Assembly: GCA_964016885.1 (NCBI GenBank)
Contig: OZ024741.1
Location: 392,522,001 to 392,586,000, forward strand
Source of the DNA: Eledone cirrhosa
Taxonomy: Eukaryota
DNA: 64,000 nt
Reading direction: 5' to 3'
Shown here: positions 1-14,949 of the stretch, in pieces
How the letters are laid out: every line of letters begins with the position of its first letter
How positions within the stretch are numbered: the stretch's first letter is position 1
Notes under the pieces: generated by a model
What the model was told of the DNA's origin: nothing
Seen by the model: the letters and a program-made list of their open reading frames with translations, nothing else
The model's database searches: none
Program-made: the position numbers and the translations under genes

Positions 1-693
1 TAGTGATATATGTGCGGATATAATGGTATACTGGTTATATAGAGATATATGTGTGGATATCATGGTATACTGGCTATATAGTGATATATGTGTGGATATC
101 ATGGTATACTGGCTATATAGTGATATATATGTGGATATCATGGTATACTGGTTATATAGAGATATATGTGTGGATATCATGGTATACTGGCTATATAGTG
201 ATATATATGTGGATATCATGGTATACTGGCTATATAGTGATATATATGCGGATATAATGGTATACTGGCTATATAGTGATATATGTGCGGATATAATGGT
301 ATACTGGCTATATAGTGATATATGTGTGGATATCATGGTATACTGGCTATATAGTGATATATGTGTGGATATCATGGTATACTGGCTATATAGTGATATA
401 TGTGTGGATATCATGGTATACTGGCTATATAGTGATATATGTGCGGATATAATGGTATACTGGTTATATAGTGATATATGTGTGGATATCATGGTATACT
501 GGCTATATAGTGATATATGTGCGGATATCATGGTATACTGGCTATATAGTGATATATGTGCGGATATAATGGTATACTGGCTATATAGTGATATATATAT
601 ATGTGGATATAATGGTATACTGACAATATAGTAATATATGTATATATAATGGTATACTGGTTATATAGTGATACAAGTGTGGATATAATGGTA
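1..693. repeat. 39-bp minisatellite, about 17 copies, truncated by the window edge
   Basis: unit ggtatactggctatatagtgatatatgtgtggatatcat repeated with few substitutions, decaying after ~600. Confidence 0.97.
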
Positions 694-1748
694 TTAGATA
701 ATATATATTATATATCATATTGACTATAATTACTCCTCCACAATGTAATTTCTCTCCTAATTATTTACCAATCTATTAAACAAGATTGGCATCTGTTTCT
801 AACTCAGAAGTGAGGAAAAGTAATGTATTCTATTTGGAAGTAAATCACTGAGATAACCAACATGTGGTGATTAAATCTGCTGGAAGTAACAACTAAATTC
901 TTTCAAATCACACACCATTAATTTAAGTAAATAACACATTGAACAATGTGGTCCTGAATAACTCTGTAAAGATGGGGTGAAATTCATCTCATCATAAGCC
1001 TGATTGATCAGGATTGGGAATTCCTGGATAAGGGTGCAAGTCTCTATGCAGTCGTTTGAGCTGCAAGGCAAACCAGCTGAATCACCTTCATATTACAACC
1101 TATCAGAGCTTATTAAGCAAACTAAGCATATGCTTAGGGCCTCAAAAGGACTTAATACAGCCTGCACTTTAATAGGAAAAGGACAAACGGGGTAATGTGG
1201 TTCTGAATATATGATCGGATGGTCATAACTGGGGTACTAAATTTAACCTGGGTCTAAAGAGCTACAACAACAACAAATCTGAGGTTACTTTGATAACTTT
1301 GATAGGTTTCAGCCAGTATTGGCCCAGGTGATGTCTAACTTAATAGCACCACCTGTTATATCATAAATTTTTATCATGTCATCAGGGTAGTATCTTAACA
1401 TCATGACCCTTGTCTTCTTTCTTATGCTATTATAAATCATATTCATTTTTGCAGAAAATGATTTGTATTAATATCTGAACTGTCAATTCAGAACTTTAAT
1501 AGAATATTGTTGATTTTAGCTTAAAATATATTACACTTATCTTGTGTTTCCATTTATGTTGAAAGACAATCTTGACATTTATTTATCTTCAATGAATTTG
1601 AGTAAATAGATCATAAGAAATTGATGTAGTTAAATATATTAGAATATTTTATTAGTATTTAGTTCTTATTGCTCTAATTCAATAAAGCATTAAAAAATAT
1701 TGAGAAATTGAAAATAATAAGAAATGGAAAATACATTTAGGATCATAC

Positions 1749-1769
1749 AACAGAAAATCTCATGCGTTG
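1749..1769 (-). CDS. RyR: Candidate 21-nt RyR microexon: xTHEIFC
   Basis: ttgtttgcttccgtttcag acceptor, TT|gtatga donor, symmetric phase 1->1, no stop. Confidence 0.5.
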
Positions 1770-4334
1770 CTGAAACGGAAGCAAACAATAATTAAGTCAT
1801 GGGAGATTTCATAAACTAAATGAAACAATAAAGACAATGAAAACTGATGAACAAACACAAATTACACAGTACTAAATTACAAAAATAAGCTTTAAAGAGT
1901 TGGTTAACATGGCAAAGAGGGATTTAGAAAACCTTTTATCTTTTATGGACTCTGAAATCACTATATGTTTTCTGAGAGAGGGCAGTCACCAATAAGTAGT
2001 AAAATCCAAATTGAAATATTAATTTTCATGATTAATTTACACCAAGGGTGACATGCCTAAACATTAATTAATCCACCTAAAGGGTTAAAAATATATTTAT
2101 AGAGAGTGAAAAGGAAGAAAAATATTTTCCAAATCAATCTAATTGCTGGAGAAGAATATAATTCATTGATTGGATCTGGGTTTAACTTTTTATTAGGAAT
2201 AATCATACATATTTTTAACTGACACTATAAATACTTTTAGTATATTCATCTATTTATCGCCTCATTTCACATTTTCTTATAGAAAAGCTCACCATTTAGC
2301 TAAAAACTACTAGTCACATTCCTGAATTTCGCTGCAACTATCCTTCCAAGAACACATTGATTTCTAATAACATTATCAGCCCCACCACAACCAGGTGGAT
2401 TACGATATATATACTTATTAATTTTTGTTTGCTTTTCAGCATTTATATATTTTGTATGTATTCTTCTAACTATTTCACACTTGGGAAATAGCTCCCCCAT
2501 TAGCTCTATTAATATGTAAACAGATATGCCATTACAACATTTTAAAGTAATAATTTCTCATGGATATTTCAATAACTTAATATGTCTGATGATTTCTTAT
2601 TTGTCAGCCATGAAATTTGCAGTCAAAATACATTTTTATCAACAGACTATATTATAAATACATTTCATTCTGTTATTGTATTCAATATTCTATTCTTTGT
2701 TTGTAAAAGACATATCTAGCATATATTTAAAACACTGTGTGCGCATGTGTATGTGTATGCATATGCCCATTTGTGTGTGTGCATTTGTGCAAGCTCTTTA
2801 GAGAAAGATTTGCTTCTCTTGATTAGAACAGTATTGATAAGATTGCTTCAATGGGATTAACATTAAATAGGATCTGATGAGGACCTAAGTTATTATAGTC
2901 ATTTATGAAAGGAAAATAAATGAGAAATAATCTGAGGCACAAAGATTGTGAGTTATTGGAAACCTTATTTGAGTAATAAAGTTGATAATATTAGGTATCA
3001 GAAAATCATTTCTCTAACTTAAATAGTGAAACAGAAATATTTTTTTCTTTCATAATTTATATATATACACTATCTATGTTTAGGTTTATTATTTAAAAAA
3101 TCTTAATCGTTTTATATATATATATACATACATAGATTATTGAACCAATGAAAAGGCCAAAGTAACAGGATGCTAATATGTACTACAGATAAATAACAGC
3201 TGAGATGTTTGAACACACAAAACATATCTGAAGATCCTTCGAATGCAGAGTCGTGTTCGATCTGTAACAGATCTTGCCCCGATCTGATCGACGAAGAAAC
3301 ATATGTAATATGTTAATAAATGTGATATGATGTAACACTGATTCTTCGTTCTTTATAACATATATACATATATATATATGTATATATAAAACATATATAT
3401 ATATATGTATATATAAACATATATATATATGTATATATAAAACAAAATATATATATATAATGATTAAGATATTTAAAATGATAAATCTAAACATAGATGG
3501 TGTATTTATACATGCAAAATATGACAGAAAAAATGTGATAGAACTGTCAGTGGTAATAGAACAACATCTGTTGTTGATTGGACAATTACATAGATAAACC
3601 TTAAATATAAGGTATATAACTGCATTAAGTAAACTGCAATTGTCAACACTAGTGGATAAGTCAGCCTCAATGTTGTCAGCATAGATCAATCGCATACATG
3701 GTGACTAAGACACTCCCATATAAATTTACGAAGCAAAGCTATTTTGTAAGACATATTATACAGTCTCCACTCCATTTCAACATCCTCAGTTTGCTTAGAG
3801 AATTTCTGAATTTAAATGCAATAGTATCCTCAGACCTGGTCATGACTTACTATCCACCAAAGCTTCCCACTTTATTGTGTAAGTCAACCTTGACCTACCA
3901 GTTTTGGGCACTTCCTTGGCTTTAGATAGTCTTAAGTTGTAGATAATTAGATGGTGATCAGTTGCCTCCTCAGCTCCTCTCTTAACATGACCATCTAGCA
4001 CAGAATTGAAGAGATCAGAGACAATAACAAAATCAATTATTCATAGGTTTGATGCCAAGGGCTGCTTGGCTGGAATGAAAATCAATGCTGTGATGACTGA
4101 GACTCTTGTCCTCTCAAAGAAGCCTGTGCAGGGGACTCTACAAGCAGGTGTAGAAGTTCAAGTATCTCAGGGCCATGTTCACAAGGAATGGAAGGTAGGA
4201 GGCTGCATTAAGTGCAAGAATTGCAGGAGCTGGTGGAGTAATGCACCAGTTTTAGCACTAAAAAAACAGAAGAAAGGAAGTAGGTGTAAAAGCCAAACTC
4301 GCCATTTTCAATTTGCTATTTGTGCCAACCTTTA

Positions 4335-4750
4335 CCTATGGTCATGAATTCTGAGTAATGGCTGAAAGAATATGATCATGAATGCAAGCAGCCGAAATGG
4401 GGTTCCTCTGAAGAGTCTTTTGAGTAATGTTACTTGATAGAGAGCATAGCTCAAAGTTGTTCTAGGTAGAGCCACTACTTCTCTGAATTGAGAGATCACA
4501 GCTCCGATACTATGGGCATGTGGTTAGAATGTCTCAGGAAAGAATCTCTGGACAGGTTTTACATGCAAAACCAACTGGCAGGAGACTCTGGGGTAGACCC
4601 CGAGCAAGCTGGGTGGATAACATCCACGAGCTCAGCTGATCTTGCTTGGGAATCCAGCAGGATCAATTGCTTCTGATATGACACACTAGAAAGAATGTTT
4701 GAGGACTCCGGCTCTGCCCCATGATGCTCCTAGGTATAAGAGTGTGATGA
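4335..4750 (+). mobile_element. Third RTE-like family 3' fragment; further copies at ~17660-18050 (+) and ~54900-55270 (-)
   Basis: decayed YGHE.WVM.ER....QAAEMGFL.RV and GRPR.xW.D motifs; the three copies align by eye. Confidence 0.75.
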
Positions 4751-5514
4751 AAAAGAAGATATTATACAGTTATGTGGTAAGAGACTTGTGTTATTAGAAA
4801 CTTTTCTTTCAGCTCATCTCTCATTACAGCTTAAGATGGAGATTAGAATTTAAGCTTCAATTATACTATTTAAAACATTACAAGGCTACTTTTTAAAAAC
4901 ATTACTGCATTTATTATATTAGATATAAGTTTTTATATTGTAAGTTATATCTTGACATGATGACATGAAATGATGCTTAGAAATTACAGATTATACCTTA
5001 ATAAAATGAACAAAACATTGATGTTGAATGGCTATTATACACTGATTATTGTTGGTAGCGCAGTAGCTAACACATCAGTCTCATAATCCAACTAAATTGT
5101 TGTATATTGATTTCACTTGAAGGAATATAAAACATCTTTGAAAAACAAAAAATTCTATACAATGAATTCTTTGATTAACAGTTTGTTTATGCTCATAGAA
5201 AAAAATTAATATTAACATTAATGTGGGAGGTTGATTATATTTTACACACATCTACATGTAATGACAACAATAAATCTTTTCAGACCATTTCCTCCACCAA
5301 ACCAGTGACAAACTTTGCAGGCACTATGACAATCTTCATACTTATCATAGGGTCATTTGGAGGATAACGAGATCACAAATTAAACAACGTTATGATAATA
5401 CATATTACAAGAAACTAACCATAAGATCACATGCTATTCATGTATGTGATTGGGGTACAATAATAAAGGTTCTAGATGTTATTATTTGTTATATGTTCTA
5501 AACCAAGGACTCAC

Positions 5515-5571
5515 ATTTCCTTAATGTTAAATCTGGGCCACCATTCATACATCGTGGGAAGAAATCATCAG
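5515..5571 (-). CDS. RyR: Probable RyR DR2 exon: xDDFFPRCMNGGPDLTLRK
   Basis: tttctacatctctag acceptor with long pyrimidine tract, T|gtgagt donor, 57 nt, symmetric phase 1->1, open. Confidence 0.7.
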
Positions 5572-5851
5572 CTAGAGATGTAGAAATAAATGTAAACAGA
5601 AAGACAAAGCAAAAATGGAACGATGATAAGGAAAACAGCAATGCTTTGTTACTGAAAAAATTGATGTTAAAAAAAACAAAATAAAACAGAAGTAGTCATA
5701 TTTTGCAAGTGCAATTGGAAAAGAATAAAATTAAACATGCAAAATATGTATACTTTTGATTGGAAAAAAAGAAAAATCAATTAGATGAAAAGTTTCTGTT
5801 GAAAATTATTTCGTATTTTAATGACTTTTAAAATTAGTTTTATTTAATTTG

Positions 5852-5883
<32 letters not shown>

Positions 5884-6204
5884 TTAATGATGATTTAAAG
5901 AGATCAGTATTTCAAGGCGAAAGCATTCAAATATACAAGCTTAAACATCATAATTAAGTATATTGTTAAGGGAAGAACTGGTTGTCTTAGTTTTTTTCAT
6001 GTGGAATATTTTGAAACAATATCTTCTCTCCTGTTAAGTGACTACTGTTTCATTCTTTTGTCTCAGTCTCTTCCACACCATCTACTTATGGCGGTTGATA
6101 CCATCCAACTTTCTATGTGAGTTTTTATCTCTAGGTATAACTGGCCCTCTTCATTAAGTATTGTACAACTTAAATGCAGTACAGTTGATTCTATACACAG
6201 GTTT

Positions 6205-7050
<846 letters not shown>

Positions 7051-7254
7051 TAGTAAAATGAAGGAAATCAGCCTAACTTTGTCACCCTGTGCTGTCATAT
7101 ATATATATAAATGCAAATATATGCATACAGATGTACATATGTGAGTGTGTGTGTGCTTTGCAAGCATTGTTGTATTGCTTTCATTTTATGACTGTTTTTA
7201 TGTAAGTATGAGTATAAATGTATGTGTATATGATTAAATATTGAAATATGTTGA

Positions 7255-8116
7255 TAAGTAGGAAAGAGGACAAAACTTTGATTCCATCAGGGAAATGGCC
7301 ATGTTTGATATATGTAGGAAAGGAGTTGGCATAAATTCTATAAAATGTACACAATACAGATCTTGGGTACACAAGAGATGTAGTGGGATTACAGGCAAAC
7401 TAACAGGTAGGGAAAACTATGTATGCAGTAGATGTACAGGGAAATTTGACAGTAGAAGTCGCAGTGATAGACACATTTTTCAAATGCAGGTAGGGGATCT
7501 ATAGAGGTGGTTTATAGCTTCCAATACCTAGGTGATCAGATTAGTAAGGTAGGGGGGGGGGGAGAGTGCTCTGAGGCCATAGTATCTAGAATAAGGATGG
7601 GTTGGAAGAATTTTAGGGAGCTGTTTCCTCTGTTGACAAAGAAGGGTTTCTCCCTACGAACAAAAGGCAGGTTATATGATGCCTGTGTGAGATGCGCAAT
7701 GCTGCATGGTAGTAAGACATGGGCAGCAACTGTGGAGGATATGCGACGGTTGGAGAGAAATGAAGCAAGCATGCTCCATTGGATGTGCAATGTCAATGTG
7801 TGTGAATAGCATAGACGAGTTGAAATAGAAACTGTGTATAAGAGGGATAGGCTGTAGTGTGCGGGAGAGAAGACTGCATTGGTATGGACATGTGATGCGC
7901 ATCGAGGATAACCGCTGGGTAAAGAAGTGCCAAGAAATCCCAGTAGAAGGAAGATGCAGTCGAGGAAGACCACAAAAAACATGGGCAGAGGTGGTGAGAG
8001 CTGACCTCAAATCGCTGAAGCTCACGGTGGAGATGACAAAGGACTTTGACGAATGGAGAGATTTCCTTGCAAGCACAGAAAAGTGGACGTATGATGATGA
8101 TGATGATGATGATGAT
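7255..8116 (+). mobile_element. RTE-clade LINE 3' fragment (same family as 13025)
   Basis: ORFs 7295-7504, 7507-7809 and 7859-8167 are frameshifted pieces; (GAT)n tail. Confidence 0.92.
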
Positions 8117-9469
8117 TATAAAAGCCATAGGCTCTTGTTTAAAATGACTGTTTTCTTCTGTAGCTAGAGCTAAATGTAAATATAATATACTGTACAATAT
8201 CTATAAATCCACTAGCTTCTATTATTATTAGAATTAAACATTTCACAGATATAGCATGGTTGAATATAAACAAGTCAAATAATAAAAGTGTCTTTGTTGA
8301 CTATGTTGTTGTTGTTGTTGTTTCAGTCACACCTATTTAGGTTTAGCAGATGAGATTGCATTTCATATAAGATTTTTAGAGTGTTTTAATGATAAGGATT
8401 CCCAATCCTATCCCAAAAAGACTCCCATCTAAACTGGATGCTAGTTTGTTTTGGTGGTTAACCCCTAGCTTTTGCTGGTACACATTTTTTCAGTTGATTG
8501 GACTGGAGCAATACAAAATGAAATACTCAAGAATAAAATGCACTGCCTGGTCCAGGAATTGAACTTATGACCTTAAAACTGTGAGTCCAACACCCCGACC
8601 ACTAGGCCATGAGCCTCCATATCCTTATTTATGGATCTCATTTAAAAATGTTTCTTAGTTGAACTGATTTACTGAAATAAATTTAATTCTAACATTTATC
8701 TAACCACACCATCTACTTTCACCCTACCTGTTTCCCACCAAAACTATTTTCAAGATTTATCTAACCACACCGTCTACTTTCACCCCATCTCTTCCCCACC
8801 AAAAAATTATAAAATTTAGAATATCAGCCTAAATAAAACTGAAAATTAAAAAGTTGGATCAGAATACCTTCAAAAGAATATAAATATTTTAAGATCAACT
8901 CTTAACAGAAAATGTACTAACTGAAATGTTGTTTATCAAAACTCATTTTCATTTAGCTTTATAGGAAGAAAATTATAGAGCTATTAAAAAAAAAAAAGTG
9001 TATGAAACAAAGAATTAAAAAGGATTAAAATTTCAGCATTATCTGTTGTAAGTTTCTGTCTTTATGATTCAAACTAAAGTGTGAAGAAAAAAAGATGAAA
9101 ATTCGAAAAAATTGGTTTTTCATTAAAAAGATGTAAACTAAATGTTTCTATCATTATCTTTTGATGGAGAGTGATGTTCTCTGATGATATTAATCAGACT
9201 GAGAGTAATCAAAGGGTAAATAAATTATTGTATGGTTATATATTGAATTTATGATGAATATTATTGATGTCATTGTTCTTTAACCCCAGGTCAGTTTTGA
9301 TTGAATAGATCTATGATTAAAAACATTCCATCTTATCCTTTTTGTAAATTCATGACTACATAAGCTAGTGTGTTCATTCCATTTTTTTTAAAAGGTAATT
9401 TTGATGATTTGGCTGCTATTATGACAGTAAAGATCATGAAACGGTGATGATGATAGTAGTACTGTTCGT

Positions 9470-10350
9470 TCATCATCATTTTTACATCCGCATTTCCATG
9501 CTTGCATGGCATCTCTCCACAAATTGCGATGCTCTGTTTGTCATTGCCTCTGTGAGTCTCAGTGATTTGAGGTCAGCTCTCACAACCTCTACCCAGGTCT
9601 TTCTTTGTCTACCTCTTCCATGACTTCCTTCCACTGATATTTCCTGGCACTTCTTTACCCAATGATCATTGTCCAAATCCTTGTAGTCTTCTCTCCTGCA
9701 CACTATCTCAGATTCCTCTTAAACACAGTTTCTCCTTCAATTTCTCAAAACTCTGCCTCTCTCTCTTACATAGCACATCCAATGGAGCATGGTTACTTCA
9801 TTTCTCTCTAGTTTACACATGTCCTGTGTACTTACAGCCCATGTTTCACTACCACTTTGCACACAGGTGTCATACATTCATCCTTTTGCATATAGGGAAA
9901 AACCTTTTGAGGTCAACAGTAAGAGTAGCTCCCTGAACCTTTTCCATTCTATCCTTAATCAAGCTATTAAGCTCTCAGTGCACCCTCCTCCATTGCCAAT
10001 TACAGTGTCTAGATAGCGGAAGCTATCAATCACTTCTATGGGTCCTTTCTGTGACTGGAATAGGCTTACATCACTGGTTATCTTCCCCTCAGTTACCACT
10101 GTGAATTTTCTACAAAGTCTTCCCTTCCTATTAGCCTACTTGTTATCCCAATAAATCTCTTGTGTACCCAAGATTGACATTGTGTACATCATATGGAGTT
10201 TATGTCTACACCCTTTCAACATATTGAGCATGGCCACTTCCTTGAAGGAATCAGGGTCCAGTCTTCTCTCCTACACACTAGCACTTTAGTTTTGGCTAAG
10301 TAGGCCTTTTGATTCAAAATTCTGTTTCCATAGTCGGAACTTATTTTCTA
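9470..10350 (-). mobile_element. RTE-clade LINE 3' fragment, older
   Basis: HWVKKCQEISVEGSHGRGRQRKTWVEVVRADL; homologous to the 7255 and 13025 copies. Confidence 0.88.
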
Positions 10351-12544
10351 GGTCTTTAAAATATTCAAAAGCTTATTAGATTAAATGAAATATTTAACGA
10401 AAGTGGAATATAAAATTATAGATCGATTTAAGAGTGAAAACTTTCTTCCCTTTCTTCCCAATAAATCAACTATATTTGTTTTGTACCAATCCAGGATCAT
10501 AAAAATATGGTGTGAAATATGAACAAGTAAATATCATTTCTAAGATAGGCATAAGGTCACACATCTTTTGAGGGGTGTAAAATTAAAATTAATCGTAGTA
10601 CTTGACTGGTTAATACATTATTTTATTGACCAAAGAAGAATGACTGATAAAGTAACTTGGAATGTAAAGAGGTAAAGAAAATAATTGTTTCTACTTTTAG
10701 CACAAGGCCAGCAATTACGCAGTGTATTACTGGTACTTTATTTTATCGACCCCATAAGGATGAAAGGCAAAGTTAACCTCAGCGGGATTTGAACTCAGAA
10801 AATAAAATAAGGGTTTCTGATTTAGGTACAAAGCTAACAATTTTTGAGGAGGTGAAATTCGATTAAATCAACTCCAGTGTATTACTGGTACATTGTTTTA
10901 TCAACCCAGTAAGGATGAAAGACAAAGCTAACCTTCGCAGGATTCCCAATCCATAACTCTTGAGCTAAAGAAAATAACGCAAAGTATTTTGTCCAGCACT
11001 AACAATTCTACCAACCCCACCTTTCTTATGAGTAAGTAAATAATATGTGAAGCAATAAAAACAAATGCATTAATTCAAGTGATGATTTTTTTTTCGTTAA
11101 AAGAAATTGTAGATACTCTTGAAAGTATAATTTTAACTGTCAGCAGTGTCATAAAGTTTACTGATAAGAATTACACTAGATGTCGATCATTAAAACTATA
11201 GTTTTGCAATCTACTAAAATTAAAAAAAAAAAAAAAAAAGAAATACTCACCAAGAAATGCCACAAAAATTCAGTGTCAAATATATTTATATATTTTATAT
11301 GAAGCATTGAGAGATATGTAGTTATAATTGTTTTATGAAAGTCAGTAAAATTACAAATTAAAATATAAAAGAGACAACTAAAGTAAAGTAAGAAAAACAA
11401 AACAGCAGTTTAACCTTATATTTCATTATATTATGAGCTTAATACCTCTTTCACAAACAAAAAGTAGAGTGGCAATCATTGCCAACACTAAACTTCACTT
11501 CTTTCTTTTGAAAAGGAAATATCATGAACTTCGAAAGTAAAGGTATAACTGGTATTTTGTTTGGTGCTCTTGCTTTACTTTAATTTTCACTCATTTATTT
11601 TTAATTTGTATTGTATCAGTTTTCACAAAACAATTATAATAAAATAATTACATGTTATATTTGACGTCTTAGCCAAAAAAAAAGAAAGAAAAAAGATGCC
11701 ATTTTTGTGTGCATGTCTGTGAAAATGTGTGTGTATATATACAATATACATTCAAATTGATTAGGACAACAGTAAATTACAATGTGCAGTATATCTGACA
11801 TTTTTCAAGAACTGCTAAAATTCAACATTAAAAATCATTCATAGTAATGTAATAAACAGAGATATTCAACTATTGTCCAAGGGAAAACAAGCATGCTACA
11901 ATTCAGTTATCATTGCTGAAATATATGTTCTTCTTTTCTAAATAACAAATATATGTATCACTAATACCAAACAAGTATTCTTAGGGTGATTCCTATGTTG
12001 CCCCTATTATTTTATAAAGGTAGCTTTTTGGTAGGGATGAGGATTGTGGACCAAATGTTTATTTAACTTAGTTCACCGAACTCTTTCAATACCAAACCAC
12101 TTGAAACCACCCCTGGAAAACTATTTGTTTTAAAGTGGTTATATTTATCTAAAACCTTCCAGCTTAATAAGAATGTTAGTTATATTACCAATTCCCTCCA
12201 AATTCTTATTTTCAAAATTATTTGAAAAGCAGGATAAGGTCTTTCACCAGAAATATGGTAATGAAAGGGTTGAAAAAGTGTATATAAGACAGGAGGGGTT
12301 GTTTATATAATTTAAAAACGCAAATTGTTACAACAAAGTAATGTAAAATTGAGAGGGACAATCCAATTTCTTTTGCTCATACCTGGAAAACATTAACACA
12401 TGTATACAACTGTTTTATAGCATATGCACATATATATCCACCATGTGCAGACATCCACACAAATATATACATGTATATATGCATACTCTACACATAGATA
12501 CACACAAACATATATATATAAAGATATATATATATATATCTCTA

Positions 12545-12992
12545 TCTAAGGCGGGTAAAATTCCCGAGATCCGTGGACGAGTTCTCTCCAGCGGTCTCTG
12601 TCCCTCATTATCACTGCCATGTCCTGCATCTCCAACAGACCAGTGTCTGTCCTTAGGGCATCAACATACGTTAACCTTGGTCATCCTCTTCTAGTGTGTC
12701 CATGTAAGGGCTCCCAAAGGAGCACTGAGTGCAATGTCAACTCTGGATGTCGGTGAGTATGTCCAGCTAATCTCAGTCTCCTCTGTGTCACTTTTGAGCT
12801 GACTTTTGGGATGCTCCTATACAGCTCTGAGTTTTTCATCCTCAGTGTATACTGATTAATGTTCAGAGCCATCCTCAGCATTCTCTTCATTGATGTAGTG
12901 GAGTCTGTGCTGCTGTATGGGTCTGAGACTTGGACACTGACCAAGAAACTCACTCAGATGGTGGATGGATGCTACACGAGAATGCTGAGGAT
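12545..12992 (-). mobile_element. Second RTE-like family fragment with an inverted 5' segment
   Basis: minus: RMLRMALNI..RRLRLAGH..RHPEL..LLWEPLHG; plus 12883-12992: LFIDVVESVLLYGSETWTLTKKLTQMVDGCYTRMLR. Confidence 0.88.
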
Positions 12993-13024
12993 ATATCTAT
13001 CTATCTCTCTATATATATATATAT

Positions 13025-13829
13025 AAGGAACTGGCATAAATTCTATAAAATGCACACAATGCAGATCCTGGGTACACAAGAGATGTAGCGGGATAGCAGG
13101 CAAACTAACAGGTAGGGAGAAATATGTATGCAGTAGATGTGCAGGGAAATTAGACAGTAGAAGTCGCATTGATAGACACATTTTTCAAATGCAGGAGGGC
13201 GCTATAGAAGTGGTGGATAGCTTCCGGTACCTAGGAGATCAGATTAGCATGGGAGGAGGGTGTTCCGAGGCCATAGTATCTAGAATAAGGACGGGTTGGA
13301 AGAAGTTTAGGGAGCTGCTTCCTCTGTTGACGAAGAAAGGTTTCTCCCTGCGTACGAAAGGCCGGTTGTATGATGCCTGTGTGAGGAGCGCGATGCTGCA
13401 TGGTAGTGAGACATGGGCAGCAACTGCAGAGGATATGCGACGGCTGGAGAGAAATGAGGCAAGCATGCTCCGTTGGATGTGCAGTGTAAATGTGCGTGAA
13501 CGACCCAGGATAAATGTGTTGAGAGAGAGACTGTGTCTGAGAGGGATAGAATGTAGTGTACGGGAGAGGAGACTGAGGTGGTATGGACATGTGATGCCCA
13601 TGGAGGATGACCGATGGGTGAAGAAGTGCTAGGAAATGCCAGTTGAAGGAAGACGTGGTAGAGGTAGACCACGAAAAACATGGGCGGAGGTGGTGAGAAC
13701 AGACCTCAGATCATTGAAGCTCACGGTGGGGATGACGAAGCACTGTGACGAGTGGAGAGATGCTGTGCTGAATAAGACCCGTCCCACCCTTGCAAGCAGG
13801 GAAAAACGGACGTAAAATGGTGATGATGA

Positions 13830-13832
<3 letters not shown>
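13025..13832 (+). mobile_element. RTE-clade LINE 3' fragment, relatively young
   Basis: FRYLGDQI..MLHGSETW..RLRWYGHVM..GRGRPRKTW; one in-frame TAG at 13630; (GAT)n tail. Confidence 0.93.
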
Positions 13833-13871
<39 letters not shown>

Positions 13872-14542
13872 AGACAAACAAGCACACGTGCATGCACATA
13901 CATATGCAAGGTCTCAGTGAAATTTTGATAGGTCAATCAAGACTGCTTTCAGAGTTCTGTCCCCTCCAGGGAGTTTGGGAAGTTCTTGTTAAAATTCAAG
14001 TGGGTGAGAACTATTTTTGAAATTTACAGGCCCCTTCATGGCTATCACAAAACTATTTTGACAATATTTTGATGCTAAACCATCTAAAACTGTCTTTGGT
14101 TCTACGATACCTAGGTGTTTATTTGAAACTTTATATTTATCTAAATTCTTGATTCATAATGTTATGTACCAACCTTTATTATGTTCCATACATCAACTTT
14201 ATAATGAGAAAGTTAGTTATATTACTAAATTCCTCCATAATTTTTCTTATTTTCAAAATTGTTGTAACTTGATAGAGATTTGGCTTCTACTTCTAGCAGA
14301 TTGAATAACCATATAGAGGATCCCTTCCTGGCATGTGATTCTATATTTTCTATAAGCAAATATCTTTTATGAACTATATTACAATTACTACTGTGTAGAA
14401 TTAAGGATGATATTGAAAGTGAGAATGAATGTTCTCATTGCTACAATAGATACATTTGGTGGGGTGCAGGTTCATATTTACTCTTTGACAACAACTAGTA
14501 CAACAACCAGTATAGATAAATTAAGAGGCTAAAGCCACATAC

Positions 14543-14596
14543 AAACGTGTATTTCACAGTAAAATTTAACAAATGTACATTTTATTCTAGCTACTG
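14543..14596 (-). CDS. RyR: Candidate 54-nt RyR cassette exon: xVARIKCTFVKFYCEIHV
   Basis: ttgtgtcttgttttag acceptor (tandem tag/CAG/TAG), TT|gtatgt donor, symmetric phase 1->1, open; AT-rich so may be chance. Confidence 0.3.
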
Positions 14597-14949
14597 CTAA
14601 AACAAGACACAATCATATATAACATAGCATCTCAGCACCTTTTTCTTCTTTGGTATAGAAAATTTTTAAAGTTTTCAACTTGTAATAAACAAAAACAGAA
14701 CTTGAATTTCTTTTCTGTTTCAAAATGTGTTTGGGTTTTAAAACCAAATATGATACTCCTAAATGCCATTGTAACAAATTTTTAAATATAAAAAAAAGAA
14801 ATGAGAACATCAACAGCTTGACAATTTGGAAATTTAAGTGACCAAAGACATATATTTCAAGAAAAAATAATAAAAAAAAAATGGTAATATGTTTTCCAAA
14901 TAAATACTCCTTTTAAAACTATAAATATATTATTTTTCTTTTTAAGTAA

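Noticed and set aside
23-631. 202-aa ORF of repeated VYWLYSDICVDIM
   Set aside because: Arises from a 39-bp (3x13) minisatellite; no protein-like features or splice context.
1-693. CRISPR-like regular repeat
   Set aside because: Units are contiguous with no unique spacers, and the context is a eukaryotic intron.
2293-2500. ORF 2300-2500 with a nearby gtgagc donor as an RyR exon
   Set aside because: All three frames stop just before the donor; only a frame-shifting 7-nt exon would fit.
2874-2925. CTGATGA...GAAA hammerhead candidate
   Set aside because: Helix II does not close next to GAAA, and there is no helix III, UH triplet or helix I.
8695-8805. Short tandem duplications (~62 bp here; also ~37458-37504, ~53658-53800, ~63926-63996)
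   Set aside because: Ordinary local slippage duplications with no further structure.
11446-11487. 42-nt symmetric phase-1 exon candidate (LAMIATLLFVCER)
   Set aside because: Purine-rich acceptor region without a pyrimidine tract; likely chance.
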